Notes: generated from the letters alone by a model not told the origin. A DNA stretch of 64,000 nucleotides from Myxococcota bacterium (GCA_965228475.1 OZ245817.1:128001-192000); one strand, 5' to 3'. Positions 50,053 through 60,336 are shown, counted from the stretch's first letter. Numbers and translations are program-made.

Positions 50053-51507
50053 ATGCTGCGACTCCTCCTCGTGTTCCTGGTTTCCCTCGTCGTCGCGGGA
50101 GGTTTCTTCTACCGCGCGCTCATGCCGCCGGCGCCGTTGGCCCTGCCGGAGCAGGGCGCACTTCTCCGAAACGTCACGGTCATCCAGCCCGGTGAGGGGC
50201 GTGTCCCCAACCAGCGGATCGCGATCGAAGGAGGCCGCATCGTCTCGCTCGAGCGTTCGACGGGCGCCGTGATCAACGACCCCTACGACGCGGCCTACGT
50301 CCTGCCCGGTCTGATCGACATGCACGTCCACTTCCCGCCCGACACGGGACTGCGTCAGGTGGAGATCGCCGCCTTCCTCTTCCTCTACCACGGCGTGACG
50401 ACCGTGCGCGACGCCGGCGATACCGACGGGACGAGCTCGACGCCCGTGCGGGAGGGCGTAGCCGGCGGCGCCTACCCCGGCCCCCGGAGCTTTGCCTGCG
50501 GACCGTTCTTCGACGGGCCCGAACCGATCTGGCCGAACTCGCGCGTCGTGACGACGCCCGAAGAAGCCACCGCCGCCGTCGTCGAGGTGGCCACCGCGGG
50601 TTGGGATTGCATCAAGGTCTACGACCGGCTGTCGCCCGAGGTGCTCGAAGCGATCCAGGCCGCAGCCAACCGTCACGGCCTCCCGGTGATCGGCCACGTT
50701 CCCCGTGCCGTTCCTTTCGAAGAGGCCCGCCTCGACGACGTGCAGCACATGACCGGCGTCCAGGACGTCGCGGGCAGCATGGAACCCTATCCCGAGATCC
50801 TCGCGGCCTGGGAAGACTTCGACGAGGAGCGCGCGGCGCGGATCGAGGCCGCTGCGCTCGAGCACGACATCGCCTTCACGCCGACGCTCGTCACGACGGA
50901 ACGGGGCATCGCCTACGACGACTACGAAGCGCTGCGAGCGGGGCCCGACGCGTCGCTGCTTCCGCGCTTCTATGCCGACGTGGTCTGGAGCCCGACCGAA
51001 GGCCTTCCGTTCCTTCGCGAGCGGACCCCTGCCGGGACGGCGTTGATGCGGGCGGCCTACCCGAAGGTGGCGTCCTTCGTCGGCCGCCTCGTGGAGGCGG
51101 GCGCGACCGTTCACGCCGGAACGGACACCCAGATCGCCTTCATCGTGCCGGGCATCGCCTTGCACCGGGAGATCCGGCTGCTGGCCGAAGACGCCGGCCT
51201 CGGGCCCGAGGCGGCCCTCGCCGCCGCGACGACCGTTCCGGGGGAATCCCTGCCCGTCGCCCAGCTCGGGCGCATCGAGCCGGGCGCCCCCGCCGACCTC
51301 GTCGTCTTCCGCCGCGACCCGACCTTCGACCTCGCGGGCCTCGACGACATCCTCGCCGTGGTGGCGGACGGGCGGCTCTACACCCGGGCGGATCTCGACG
51401 CCCAGCTCGCGCGCTACCGCGAGTACTACGAGAACCCGGTCTTCGATCGCGTCTCGAAGTTCCTCGTGCGCCGGGTGATGGCGAGCCTCTTCGACGAGGG
51501 CTCCTAG
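50053..51507 (+). CDS. Membrane-anchored amidohydrolase
   Basis: PGLIDMHVH, GVTTVRD, AGTD, GAPADLV. Confidence 0.88.
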   Translation: MLRLLLVFLVSLVVAGGFFYRALMPPAPLALPEQGALLRNVTVIQPGEGRVPNQRIAIEGGRIVSLERSTGAVINDPYDAAYVLPGLIDMHVHFPPDTGLRQVEIAAFLFLYHGVTTVRDAGDTDGTSSTPVREGVAGGAYPGPRSFACGPFFDGPEPIWPNSRVVTTPEEATAAVVEVATAGWDCIKVYDRLSPEVLEAIQAAANRHGLPVIGHVPRAVPFEEARLDDVQHMTGVQDVAGSMEPYPEILAAWEDFDEERAARIEAAALEHDIAFTPTLVTTERGIAYDDYEALRAGPDASLLPRFYADVVWSPTEGLPFLRERTPAGTALMRAAYPKVASFVGRLVEAGATVHAGTDTQIAFIVPGIALHREIRLLAEDAGLGPEAALAAATTVPGESLPVAQLGRIEPGAPADLVVFRRDPTFDLAGLDDILAVVADGRLYTRADLDAQLARYREYYENPVFDRVSKFLVRRVMASLFDEGS

Positions 51508-51516
51508 GAGGCAAGC

Positions 51517-52440
51517 GTGCGAATCATGAGGATCGGCCTGATCGTGCTCGCGGTGGCCGCCGCCGTCAGTGCGAGCATCTACTCCTACCTGACCGGGCGC
51601 GAGGCCGTCCCCGTCCGCAGCGCCTACGCCCTCGACATCGCCGAGATCCGCCGCCTGGCGGAGTCGATCCCGGGGCCGAAGCCGGTGCGGATCCGCTCGG
51701 AGCTCGTCGCCGAGGCGACGCTCCCGCGCGGCGCGCTCTACGCGGGCGACTCCCTGCGCGAGAAGCACCGCATGGTCCACCAGGCGTACCAGGTCGTCTT
51801 CCCCGACCGCTTCCTCGTCCTCGACGCCGCCTTCGATGCGGCGATGCACGCGGAGATGGATGCCGAGGGCCTGCCCTTCCACGAAGACGCCTTTGCCCGG
51901 GTGCAGGCCGCCCTGCCCCGGGCCGACGCGATCTTCATCACCCACGAGCACGGCGACCACATCCGGGGCATCGCCGTCCATCCCGAGCCCGAAGCCCTGG
52001 CCGGCCGGCTGCGGCTCACGAAGGAGCAGCTCGCGAACACCGCGCGCCTCGACGCCGTGGATCTGCCCGAAGTGCTGCGCGCCGGCGATCCCCTCGACTA
52101 CGAGCCGTACCTCGCCTTCGCACCGGGGGTCGTGCTGGTGAAGGCCGCGGGGCACACGCCGGGAAGCCAGCTCCTCTACGTGGCCCTCGCCGACGGCAAC
52201 GAGTTCCTCTTCATCGGCGACGTCGCCTGGCACATGGACGCGATCCGCCGGCTCCACTACCGCCCGCGCCTCGTGACCGACCACTTCCTGAACGAAGACC
52301 GCCGGGCGGTGCTCGCCCAGTTCCGGGCGCTGCACGATCTCGACAAGGCCCACCCGGAGGTCCAGATCGTGGTCTCCCACGATCCCGCCCAGCGCAAGCG
52401 GCTCCAGACGGAAGGCCGGATCGGCGCCCGCTTCGAGTAG
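51517..52440 (+). CDS. Metallo-beta-lactamase fold hydrolase
   Basis: THEHGDH, GHTPGS, GD, SHD. Confidence 0.88.
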   Translation: MRIMRIGLIVLAVAAAVSASIYSYLTGREAVPVRSAYALDIAEIRRLAESIPGPKPVRIRSELVAEATLPRGALYAGDSLREKHRMVHQAYQVVFPDRFLVLDAAFDAAMHAEMDAEGLPFHEDAFARVQAALPRADAIFITHEHGDHIRGIAVHPEPEALAGRLRLTKEQLANTARLDAVDLPEVLRAGDPLDYEPYLAFAPGVVLVKAAGHTPGSQLLYVALADGNEFLFIGDVAWHMDAIRRLHYRPRLVTDHFLNEDRRAVLAQFRALHDLDKAHPEVQIVVSHDPAQRKRLQTEGRIGARFE

Positions 52441-52624
52441 GCACGCAGGTCTCCCGCACTTCCTGCGCACCCCACGGGGAAGAAACGTCACCCCCTTTAC
52501 AGTCGAGCCCACTCTCTAGTACGGTGCCGACCCTACTTACCGAACGTTAAGCTCCGGTCTGGGCCATTCGGCCCCAGTCCGTGCTGGCGAACGCAACGAC
52601 CTCCTGCTGCGAAGGCGACGACCC

Positions 52625-55156
52625 ATGCTCCAGAAGAACCGGAATCTCACCAGGACCCTGCTCGCGATGTTCTTGTCCATCGCCGTCTCGGGCTGCATCC
52701 CGGAGCACGAGCTGGCCTTCAAGTGGCCCCTCGACGGGGGCGTGCTCGGCGCGACCGACGCGACCTTCGTGATCAAGCTCCCCGGCACCGAGGACCCGAC
52801 GATCTACCTCGACGGCGAACTCGTCGACCCGTCCCAGTGGACCCGCTTCCAGCAGCGCGTCGAGGGTTCCCTCGCCGGCATCGAGCCGGGCCCGCACACC
52901 CTGCGCGTGACCTACCCGATCGCCGGGCCGCTCCGCAGCGAGGCCGAGACGAGCTTCGAGATCTACGGCGCTGCGAGCTTCAAGGTGCGCGGCAGCCTCG
53001 AGCAGGTCTTCGTGACGGGCGCCGAGCCCGGCCAGGCCCTCGTGCTGTACGACACGCTCGGCGGACATACCGCCGAGGCCACCGCCGACTACCAGGGCAG
53101 CCACATCTTCCGCGAAGTGAAGCCCTTCGACGGCTACGCCGTCGCGAGCGGCGACGGCTCGGAGATCTCCCCCGCGGTCGAGGTGCGGGCCGTCGAAGGC
53201 AGCGTGCCGCCCCAGGAGTTCTACGAGGCCCAGACCCTCGAGCCCGGCTTCGGCTACCTCACCATGCGCGACCGCACGAAGCTCTCGGTCTACGTGCAGC
53301 TCCCGGGCCCGGTGGAAGACGGCCCCTACCCGACGCTCGTGAACTACTCGGGCTACTCGCCCTCGGAGCCGGCCGGGTCGCTCCCGATCTCGGGCATCGA
53401 CGTCACCCCCTTCTGCGGCGACTTCCCGGTGCTGTGCGACCCGCCGAACCACCCCTCGGGCATCATCGCCGGCGTCTTCGGCTACGCGACGGTCGGCGTG
53501 AACATGCGCGGCACGGGCTGCTCGGGCGGCGCCTACGACTTCTTCGAGCCGCTCCAGGTCACCGACGGCTACGACATCATCGAGGCCGTGGCGGCCCAGG
53601 ATTGGGTGCGGCACAACGAGGTCGGCATGATCGGGATCTCCTTCCCGGGCATCAGCCAGCTCTTCACCGCCCAGGCGAACCCGCCGAGCCTCGCCGCGAT
53701 CACGCCGCTTTCGGTGATCTCCGGCGCCGACACGACCCTCGGGCCGGGCGGCATCATCAACGACGGCTTCGCCGTCGAATGGGCGACGCAGGTGCTGAAC
53801 CGGGCCGACCCCTACGGCCAGGGCTGGGAACAGGGCCAGGTCGACGGGGGTGACACGATCTGCGAGGAGAACCAGCTCCTGCACTCCCAGAAGGTCGACA
53901 TCATCGAGAAGGCCTTCGAGAATCAGTTCTACACGCCCGAGATCTACGACCCGTTGAACCCGCGCTCGTTCGTCGACCGCATCGACGTGCCGGTCTTCAC
54001 GGTGGGTCAGTGGCAGGACGAGCAGACCGGCGGCCACTTCCCGGACCTCTGGAACCGCTTCGAGAACGCGCCGCTCCTGCGCTTCACCGGCCTGAACGGC
54101 GCGCACGCCGACGGCTTTTCGCCGGTCGTGCTCGCGGAGTGGAAGAACTTCCTCGACTTCTACGTCGCGAAGGAGGTGCGGCCGACGCCGTTCCTGATCC
54201 AGATCTTCGCGCCGCTCCTGTTCGACGCGATCTTCGGGGCGCCGGTGGCGGTGCCGCCGGACCGCTTCACGGGCATGAGCTACGCGGACGCACTCGCCGC
54301 CTACGAGGCCGAGCCCCAGGGCCGGATCCTCCTCGAGATGGGCGGCGGCGATGCGGCGCCGGGTGCCCCGGAGCCGCGCTTCGAGTTCGACGTCAGCGAG
54401 TGGCCGCCGCCCTCGACCGTCGCCGAGCGCTGGTACCTGCAGGAGGACGGCTCGCTCTCGCCGGTCGCGCCGGCCGTCGCGGAATCCGCCTCGACCTTCC
54501 AGCACGACAACGAGAAGGGCCAGGAGACCTACGACGTGAACGGCTCCTTCGAGCGGGCACTCACGGACATCCAGTGGCTGCCCTGGCAGGAAGGCCGCCA
54601 GGCGGTCTGGCTGTCCGAGCCGCTGCTCGCGGACAAGGTGCTGCTCGGCCACGCGAGCGCGGACCTCTGGATCCAGTCGACGGCGGAGGATGCCGACCTC
54701 GAGGTGATGCTTTCGGAGGTCCGCCCCGATGGCCAGGAGAGCTACATCACGAGCGGCTGGCTGCGGGCGAGCCGGCGCAAGCTCGACGCCGCCGAGTCGA
54801 CGGAGCTCAAGCCGAAGCAGACCCACCTCGAAGCGGACCAGGCGCCGCTTCCGGCCGGCCAGTGGGAGCTCGTGCGGGTGGAGATCTATCCCTTCGCCCA
54901 CGTGCTGCGCGCCGGTTCGCAGCTGCGCATGTCGGTCGCGACGCCGGGAAGCAACAAGGGCCGCTGGAAGTTCGACGTGCTGCAGTTCGAGGAGGACGTG
55001 ACCCACTCGGTTTCGCACTCGGCGGCGTATCCCTCGAGCGTGGTCCTGCCGGTGATCCCCGGCGTGGCGGTACCGGGCGGCCTCTCGGCGTGCCCGGGTC
55101 TTCGCGGGCAGTACTGCCGGGACTACGTGCCGCACACGAACGCGCTGGCCGACTAG
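52625..55156 (+). CDS. CocE/NonD-family hydrolase, lipoprotein
   Basis: VSGC lipobox; RGTGCSGG, GISFPG, C-terminal PepX-like domain. Confidence 0.85.
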   Translation: MLQKNRNLTRTLLAMFLSIAVSGCIPEHELAFKWPLDGGVLGATDATFVIKLPGTEDPTIYLDGELVDPSQWTRFQQRVEGSLAGIEPGPHTLRVTYPIAGPLRSEAETSFEIYGAASFKVRGSLEQVFVTGAEPGQALVLYDTLGGHTAEATADYQGSHIFREVKPFDGYAVASGDGSEISPAVEVRAVEGSVPPQEFYEAQTLEPGFGYLTMRDRTKLSVYVQLPGPVEDGPYPTLVNYSGYSPSEPAGSLPISGIDVTPFCGDFPVLCDPPNHPSGIIAGVFGYATVGVNMRGTGCSGGAYDFFEPLQVTDGYDIIEAVAAQDWVRHNEVGMIGISFPGISQLFTAQANPPSLAAITPLSVISGADTTLGPGGIINDGFAVEWATQVLNRADPYGQGWEQGQVDGGDTICEENQLLHSQKVDIIEKAFENQFYTPEIYDPLNPRSFVDRIDVPVFTVGQWQDEQTGGHFPDLWNRFENAPLLRFTGLNGAHADGFSPVVLAEWKNFLDFYVAKEVRPTPFLIQIFAPLLFDAIFGAPVAVPPDRFTGMSYADALAAYEAEPQGRILLEMGGGDAAPGAPEPRFEFDVSEWPPPSTVAERWYLQEDGSLSPVAPAVAESASTFQHDNEKGQETYDVNGSFERALTDIQWLPWQEGRQAVWLSEPLLADKVLLGHASADLWIQSTAEDADLEVMLSEVRPDGQESYITSGWLRASRRKLDAAESTELKPKQTHLEADQAPLPAGQWELVRVEIYPFAHVLRAGSQLRMSVATPGSNKGRWKFDVLQFEEDVTHSVSHSAAYPSSVVLPVIPGVAVPGGLSACPGLRGQYCRDYVPHTNALAD

Positions 55157-55181
55157 CGCCGGCCGCCGCGCGAACGTTCGC

Positions 55182-55215
55182 GAAGCCCCCGGATCCGCTG
55201 CGGTCCGGGGGCTTC
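55182..55215. terminator. Hairpin between convergent genes
   Basis: GAAGCCCCCGGA...TCCGGGGGCTTC. Confidence 0.7.
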
Positions 55216-55238
55216 TTCGTTCGGGGCGTTCCTTCGCC

Positions 55239-56051
55239 CTACAGGTGCCGGAGGAAGGCCTCGGGCCGGTTCAGGAAGTCGCGCGTGAGCCGCACGTGCT
55301 CGAGGCTCTCGTAGTCGACCTCGCGCACCGGCGATTCGTCGAAGGACAGGATGCGCGCACCCGGCAGGGCCATCAGGATCGGGGAGTGGGTCGCGATCAG
55401 GAACTGGCTTCCGTCTTCGCGGCTGGCCTCGATCAGGAGCGAGAGCAGGGTGAGCTGGCGCGCCGGGGAGAGCGGCACTTCGGGTTCGTCGAGCAGGTAG
55501 AGCCCCTCGGGCACGAGCCGGTCCTGGAAGAAGGCGAGGAACTGCTCGCCGTGGGAGCGCGCGTCCATGTCTTCGCCGTAGCGTGAGCCGAGGGCGCCGG
55601 CCGAGTTCGTGAAGGGGCTCGCGATGCGGCGTTGCTCGCCTTCGGGCTTTTCCGCGTTGTCCGCGAAGACCCGCGCCGCTTCGCGCTCGTGCCATGCCTT
55701 CTCCTGGCCGACCCGCTTCACGTATCCGAAGAAGTCCTCCGCGCGCAGGAAGAAGCCCCGGTGGCTGCGGCGGTGGAAGACGGGCCGCAGCGCTTCGCCG
55801 AGCGGGCGGACGTGCTCGAGGGTGGCGTCGGCCTCCACGCCCTCGCTGCCGGCCGTCACCATGCGCAGGGCCCAGGCGAGCGCTTCGAGGAAGGTGCTCT
55901 TCCCCGAGCCGTTCTCGCCCACGAGGAACGTCACGGGCGTCGGGAAGTCGAGGCTGCCGAGGCCGCGCAGGGCCGGGATCGTGAAGGGGAAGGCGTCGGC
56001 TTCGACGGCGTCGAGCCGGACGGAGCGAAGCGCGGGCTCTCCGCCGGACAT
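55239..56051 (-). CDS. ABC/AAA-type ATPase (COG3910-like)
   Basis: GENGSGKST, SHGE, LLDEPE, ATHSP. Confidence 0.88.
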   Translation of the reverse strand: MSGGEPALRSVRLDAVEADAFPFTIPALRGLGSLDFPTPVTFLVGENGSGKSTFLEALAWALRMVTAGSEGVEADATLEHVRPLGEALRPVFHRRSHRGFFLRAEDFFGYVKRVGQEKAWHEREAARVFADNAEKPEGEQRRIASPFTNSAGALGSRYGEDMDARSHGEQFLAFFQDRLVPEGLYLLDEPEVPLSPARQLTLLSLLIEASREDGSQFLIATHSPILMALPGARILSFDESPVREVDYESLEHVRLTRDFLNRPEAFLRHL

Positions 56052-57239
56052 CTAGCCGCCGGAGACCGCGTCCGCCGCTTCGAGCTCGGCAGCCGGCGGC
56101 GTCGCGTCGTCGAGGTCGTCGAGGTAGCCCTCGGGCAGGGTCACCTTCTGTTTGCGCCCGCGCTTTCCGCGGCGCGCGCGCATGGCCGCCGGCGGGAAGG
56201 GCTCCATGGCGTCCGGCTCGGCGAGCACGGCGTCGAGTTCGTCGAGGGAATCGATGCGGATCAGGCGGTCGCGCAGCCGCGCGCTGCCCGGGAAACCCTT
56301 CGTGTACCAGGTGGCGTGTTTGCGGAAGTCCCGCGCGCCCCAGGGGTGCCCCATCCAGTCGACCAGCCGCTTGGCGTGGTCCCGCATCACGGCGGCGATC
56401 TCGCCGAAGCGCGGCGGGTCCGCCGGCTCGCGGCCTGCGAAGACGTCGGCCAGATCCCGGAAGAGCCACGGCCGTCCGAGGCAGCCGCGGCCGACCACGA
56501 CGCCGTCGCAGCCGGTCGTGCGCATCATGCGCAGGGCGTCGTAGGCCTCCCAGATGTCGCCGTTGCCGAGCACCGGGATCGTGCGCACGGCCTCCTTGAG
56601 CCGGGCGATAGTGTTCCAATCGGCTTCGCCCTCGTAGAGCTGGGCGGCGGTGCGCCCGTGGAGCGCCACGGCGGCGCAGCCCTCGCCCTCGGCGATGCGG
56701 CCGGTCTCGAGGAAAGTGTGCAGACGTTCGTCGATGCCGACGCGGAACTTGATGGTGACGGGGATGTCGCCCGCCGCGCCCACCGCCGCCTCGATGATCG
56801 AGCGCAGCAGGTTCGGCTTCACCGGGATCGCGGCGCCGCCGCCGCGCCGGGTCACCTTGCGCACCGGGCAGCCGAAGTTCAGGTCGATGTGGTCGACGTG
56901 GCCTTCGCCGACGAGGAAGCGCACGGCCTCGCGCGTGTAGTGGGCATCGACGGCGTAGAGCTGGAGGCTCCGCGGCGATTCGCTCGGATCGAACCCGGCC
57001 AGGCGCAGGGTCTTCGCGCTGCCTTCGACGAGGGCCCGCGCGGCGATCATCTCGCTCACGTAGAGGCCGCCCCCGAAGCCGCGGCAGAGCGTCCGGAACG
57101 GTGGGTTCGTGATGCCTGCCATCGGCGCGAGCACGACGGGCTGCGGCAACTCGAGGGGTCCGATGCGCAGCGGTGCGAACTCCCCCGGCCGAGCGGGCGG
57201 GACGTCGCGGTTCGCTTCGCCGACGTAGATCGGGTCCAC
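56052..57239 (-). CDS. dusB: tRNA-dihydrouridine synthase B
   Basis: LAPMAG, DLNFGCP, LHGRT, GNGD. Confidence 0.9.
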   Translation of the reverse strand: MDPIYVGEANRDVPPARPGEFAPLRIGPLELPQPVVLAPMAGITNPPFRTLCRGFGGGLYVSEMIAARALVEGSAKTLRLAGFDPSESPRSLQLYAVDAHYTREAVRFLVGEGHVDHIDLNFGCPVRKVTRRGGGAAIPVKPNLLRSIIEAAVGAAGDIPVTIKFRVGIDERLHTFLETGRIAEGEGCAAVALHGRTAAQLYEGEADWNTIARLKEAVRTIPVLGNGDIWEAYDALRMMRTTGCDGVVVGRGCLGRPWLFRDLADVFAGREPADPPRFGEIAAVMRDHAKRLVDWMGHPWGARDFRKHATWYTKGFPGSARLRDRLIRIDSLDELDAVLAEPDAMEPFPPAAMRARRGKRGRKQKVTLPEGYLDDLDDATPPAAELEAADAVSGG

Positions 57240-58306
57240 TAGAGAAGCTCGTCGATCCGGATCGGCCGGCCTTCCGCGGCCGACCGCTCGGCGGCGGCCC
57301 CCATGGCCACGGCCATCAGCCCGTCGTGGGCGGTCACTGCGGCGGAGCCGCCTTCGAGGACCGCGGCGCGGAAGGCCAGGTGCGCGGCGAAGGTGCTGCC
57401 GTGGTGGGCTCCGGCCGCAAGGACGTCGGAGTCGACGTCGATCGTCTCGGTCTTCACCTCTCGCGGGTGGCGGCGGCCGACGACGAGGGTCGACTCCGGG
57501 ATGAAGCACTCGACCTTGCCGACGTCGCCCGTGGCGGCGATCTCCTGCTCGTTGCGGGAGCCCTCGGCGAACATGCAGAGGTCGAGCAGCCCGCGCGCGC
57601 CGCTCGCGAAGTCGACGGTGACGAAGCCGTTGTCGAGGATGTCGGGCCGCTCGCCTTCGTACTCTTCCTCGAGATGGTTCACGTCCATTCCGGCCGAGGC
57701 GTAGACGCGCACCGGCTCGGAGCCGGTGATGAGCCGCATGAGGTCGAAGAAGTGGCAGCACTTCTCGACGAAGGTGCCGCCGGTGTTGCGGGAGAAGCGG
57801 TTCCAATCGCCGATCTTCGGCAGGAACGGGTAGCGGTGCTCGCGGATGGCCACCATGCGCAGCGTGCCGATCGTACCGGCGCGCACCTCTTCGACGAGGC
57901 GCGCGATGGGCGCCATGTAGCGGTACTCCATGCCGACCCAGAACACGCCCGGGTGTTTCTCGGCGAGCTCGACCACGCGCTTCGCGTCCTCGACCGTGGT
58001 GCAGAGCGGTTTCTCGCAGAGCACGTGCTTGCCGCTGGCGAAGACGTCCGCGAGCACGTCGGCGTGGGTGTGGTTCGGGCTCGCCACGACCACCGCGTCG
58101 ACGCCTTCGTCCGCGAGCAGCTCGCGGTGATCCTCGTAGGCGCGGGCGGCTTCGCCGACGAGCTGCTCGGTCCACCAGCGCTGCTCGCTCGAAGGGTCGG
58201 AGTACGCGACGACGTCGGCGCCCGGGACGAGCGCGAGGTTGCGGGCGTGCTCGTGCCCCATCATGCCGGTCCCGATGATCCCGTAGCGGACGGTGCGCTC
58301 GCTCAC
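57239..58306 (-). CDS. Gfo/Idh/MocA protein, probable NAD+-dependent sulfoquinovosidase (GH188-like)
   Basis: GTGMMG, CEKP, EYRY, EHRYPFL.K.GDWNRF, VEKCCHFFD, HHG; adjacent to SmoC-like gene. Confidence 0.7.
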   Translation of the reverse strand: MSERTVRYGIIGTGMMGHEHARNLALVPGADVVAYSDPSSEQRWWTEQLVGEAARAYEDHRELLADEGVDAVVVASPNHTHADVLADVFASGKHVLCEKPLCTTVEDAKRVVELAEKHPGVFWVGMEYRYMAPIARLVEEVRAGTIGTLRMVAIREHRYPFLPKIGDWNRFSRNTGGTFVEKCCHFFDLMRLITGSEPVRVYASAGMDVNHLEEEYEGERPDILDNGFVTVDFASGARGLLDLCMFAEGSRNEQEIAATGDVGKVECFIPESTLVVGRRHPREVKTETIDVDSDVLAAGAHHGSTFAAHLAFRAAVLEGGSAAVTAHDGLMAVAMGAAAERSAAEGRPIRIDELL

Positions 58307-59379
58307 GCCGAGGCTCCCGGCGTGAGCGGGCCGTGGTCGAGATGCGGCAGCACGTGGCGGGCGAACAGGTCGCACTCCGCCGCGTGCGGGTAGCCCGAGA
58401 GGATGAAGGCTTCGATGCCGAGGGCCTGGTAGGCCTGGAGCTTCGCGAGCACCTGGTCCGGGTCGCCGACGATGGCCGCGCCGCAGCCCGAGCGCGCGCG
58501 GCCGACGCCGGTCCAGAGGTTCGGTTCGGCGTAGCCGTCGTCGCTCGCGCCCTCGCGCAGCTCGGCCTGGCGCGCCACGCCCGCGGAACCCGAATCGAGG
58601 GACTTCTTGCGGATCGCCTCGCCGGTCGGGTCGTCGAGCTTCGAGACGAGGCGGTCGGCGGCGGCCCGTGCCTCGGCCTCGGTCTCCCGCACGATCACGT
58701 GGGCGCGGTAGCCGAAGCGGAGCGTCCGGCCGTGCTTCTCGGCCCGCGCACGCATGTCGGCGAGGGTCGCCTCGACCGCGGGCAGGGTGTCCGGCCACAT
58801 CAAGAAGACGTCGGCCCCGGCGGCAGCGACTTCGCGGGCCGGTTCCGACATGCCGCCGAAGTAGAAGGGCGGGCAGCGCCCGGAGACCGTGCCCACGGCC
58901 GGCGGGTCGAGGGAGACGTCGATGAACTCGCCGTGGAAGTCGACGGGCTTGCCGTCGAGCAGCGTCCGGAGCACCTGCATGATCTCGAGGGTGCGGGCGT
59001 AGCGCGGGGCACTCTCGAGGGTCTGCCCCGGCAGGTCCGAGGAGATGATGTTGATGGTGAGCCGCCCGCGAAGCATCTGGTCGAGGGTGGCGAGCTGCCG
59101 GGCGAGCTGCGGCGGCCAGAGCTCTCCGCAGCGCACGGCAACGAGCAGCTGGATCTGACGCAAGAGCGGTGCGACCCCGCCGGCAAAGGCGATCGAGTCG
59201 ATGCCGAGGCCGTAGCCCGAGGGCAGCAGGATGTTGTCGTAGCCGTGGCGGTCCGCCGTGAGCACGATGTTCCTGCAGTGCTCGTAGCTCGAGCGCAGTG
59301 CGGGGTCGGGCACACCGAGGAACTCGTAGTCGTCGTCGCAGAGCGCGGAAAACCAGCTCACTTCCACCGGTCCACTCAT
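58303..59379 (-). CDS. LLM monooxygenase, sulfoquinovose monooxygenase (SmoC/SquD)-like
   Basis: EVSWFSALCDDDYEFLGVPD..LRSS.EHC, NIISSD, LWTGVGRARSGCGAA. Confidence 0.75.
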   Translation of the reverse strand: MSGPVEVSWFSALCDDDYEFLGVPDPALRSSYEHCRNIVLTADRHGYDNILLPSGYGLGIDSIAFAGGVAPLLRQIQLLVAVRCGELWPPQLARQLATLDQMLRGRLTINIISSDLPGQTLESAPRYARTLEIMQVLRTLLDGKPVDFHGEFIDVSLDPPAVGTVSGRCPPFYFGGMSEPAREVAAAGADVFLMWPDTLPAVEATLADMRARAEKHGRTLRFGYRAHVIVRETEAEARAAADRLVSKLDDPTGEAIRKKSLDSGSAGVARQAELREGASDDGYAEPNLWTGVGRARSGCGAAIVGDPDQVLAKLQAYQALGIEAFILSGYPHAAECDLFARHVLPHLDHGPLTPGASA

Positions 59380-60281
59380 GGCAGGGGGACTCCTTCGGAC
59401 GCCTGCACGACGGCGTAGACGTCCTCGCGTTCGAGCCGCACTTCGAGGGCGCGGGGCGCGCCGGCGATGCGGCCGAGATCCATGGATCCGAGGATCGCGA
59501 CGGGCGCGGCCGGGTGGGCCAGGACGAAGGCCACGCAGAGCGTCGCGCGGTCCGTGCCCTCGCGCTCGGCGAGCCGGTCGAGCGTCGAGACGAGCTCGTG
59601 GGTGAAGCCTTCGCCGGTGACGAGCCGCCCGCCGGCCAGGGGGCTCCAGGCGAGCGCCGCGATGCCGTGGGCCATGCACTGGTCGAAGGTGCCGTCGCGC
59701 ATCGGCGCGAGATGCCCCGCGGAGAATTCGGGTTGGTTCGAGACGATCGGGAAGGGGAGGTGCGCCCGGAGGGCCTCCACCTGCGCGGGCGTATGATTCG
59801 AGACGCCGACGCAGGCGATCTTGCCCGCGCTGCGTAGCTTCTCGAGCGCGCCGGCCAACTCCGCCGGGTGGGCGTAGAGGTCCGGCCGGTGGATCTGGTA
59901 GAGGTCGATGCGCTCGGTGCCGAGCCGCTTGAGCGAGGCTTCGCAGGCGGCCAGCAGCCCGGCTTCGCTCGAGTCGTAGGGGACCGGCGGGCGGATGCCG
60001 CCCTTGCTCGCGAGGACCATCCGTTCGCGCAGCTCCGGGGCGTCGGCGAGCACCCGGCCGAGCAGCTCCTCCGCCGCGCCGAAGCCCGAGCCGCCCCAGT
60101 CGAGCCCGTACACGTCCGCGGTGTCGACGAGGTTCATGCCGGCGTCCAGCGCCGCTTCCACGCGCGCGCGGGCGTCCGCCGGGGACATGTCGACGAGCCG
60201 CCAGCAGCCGAAGCCGAGGGGGCCCACCTGGAAGTCGGGCCCGAGGGAGCGCGGGGCCGTGCGCACGAGGGATTCCGTCAT
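59376..60281 (-). CDS. Aldo/keto reductase, possible 6-oxo-glucose reductase (SmoB-like)
   Basis: DTADVYG, SKGGI, IHRPD, GVSN, AWSPLAGG. Confidence 0.75.
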   Translation of the reverse strand: MTESLVRTAPRSLGPDFQVGPLGFGCWRLVDMSPADARARVEAALDAGMNLVDTADVYGLDWGGSGFGAAEELLGRVLADAPELRERMVLASKGGIRPPVPYDSSEAGLLAACEASLKRLGTERIDLYQIHRPDLYAHPAELAGALEKLRSAGKIACVGVSNHTPAQVEALRAHLPFPIVSNQPEFSAGHLAPMRDGTFDQCMAHGIAALAWSPLAGGRLVTGEGFTHELVSTLDRLAEREGTDRATLCVAFVLAHPAAPVAILGSMDLGRIAGAPRALEVRLEREDVYAVVQASEGVPLP

Positions 60282-60336
60282 GGCCGGATCGTACCTGATA
60301 TGGGGGCGCCCGATCGGGCCGGCTGCCCGGCCCCGG

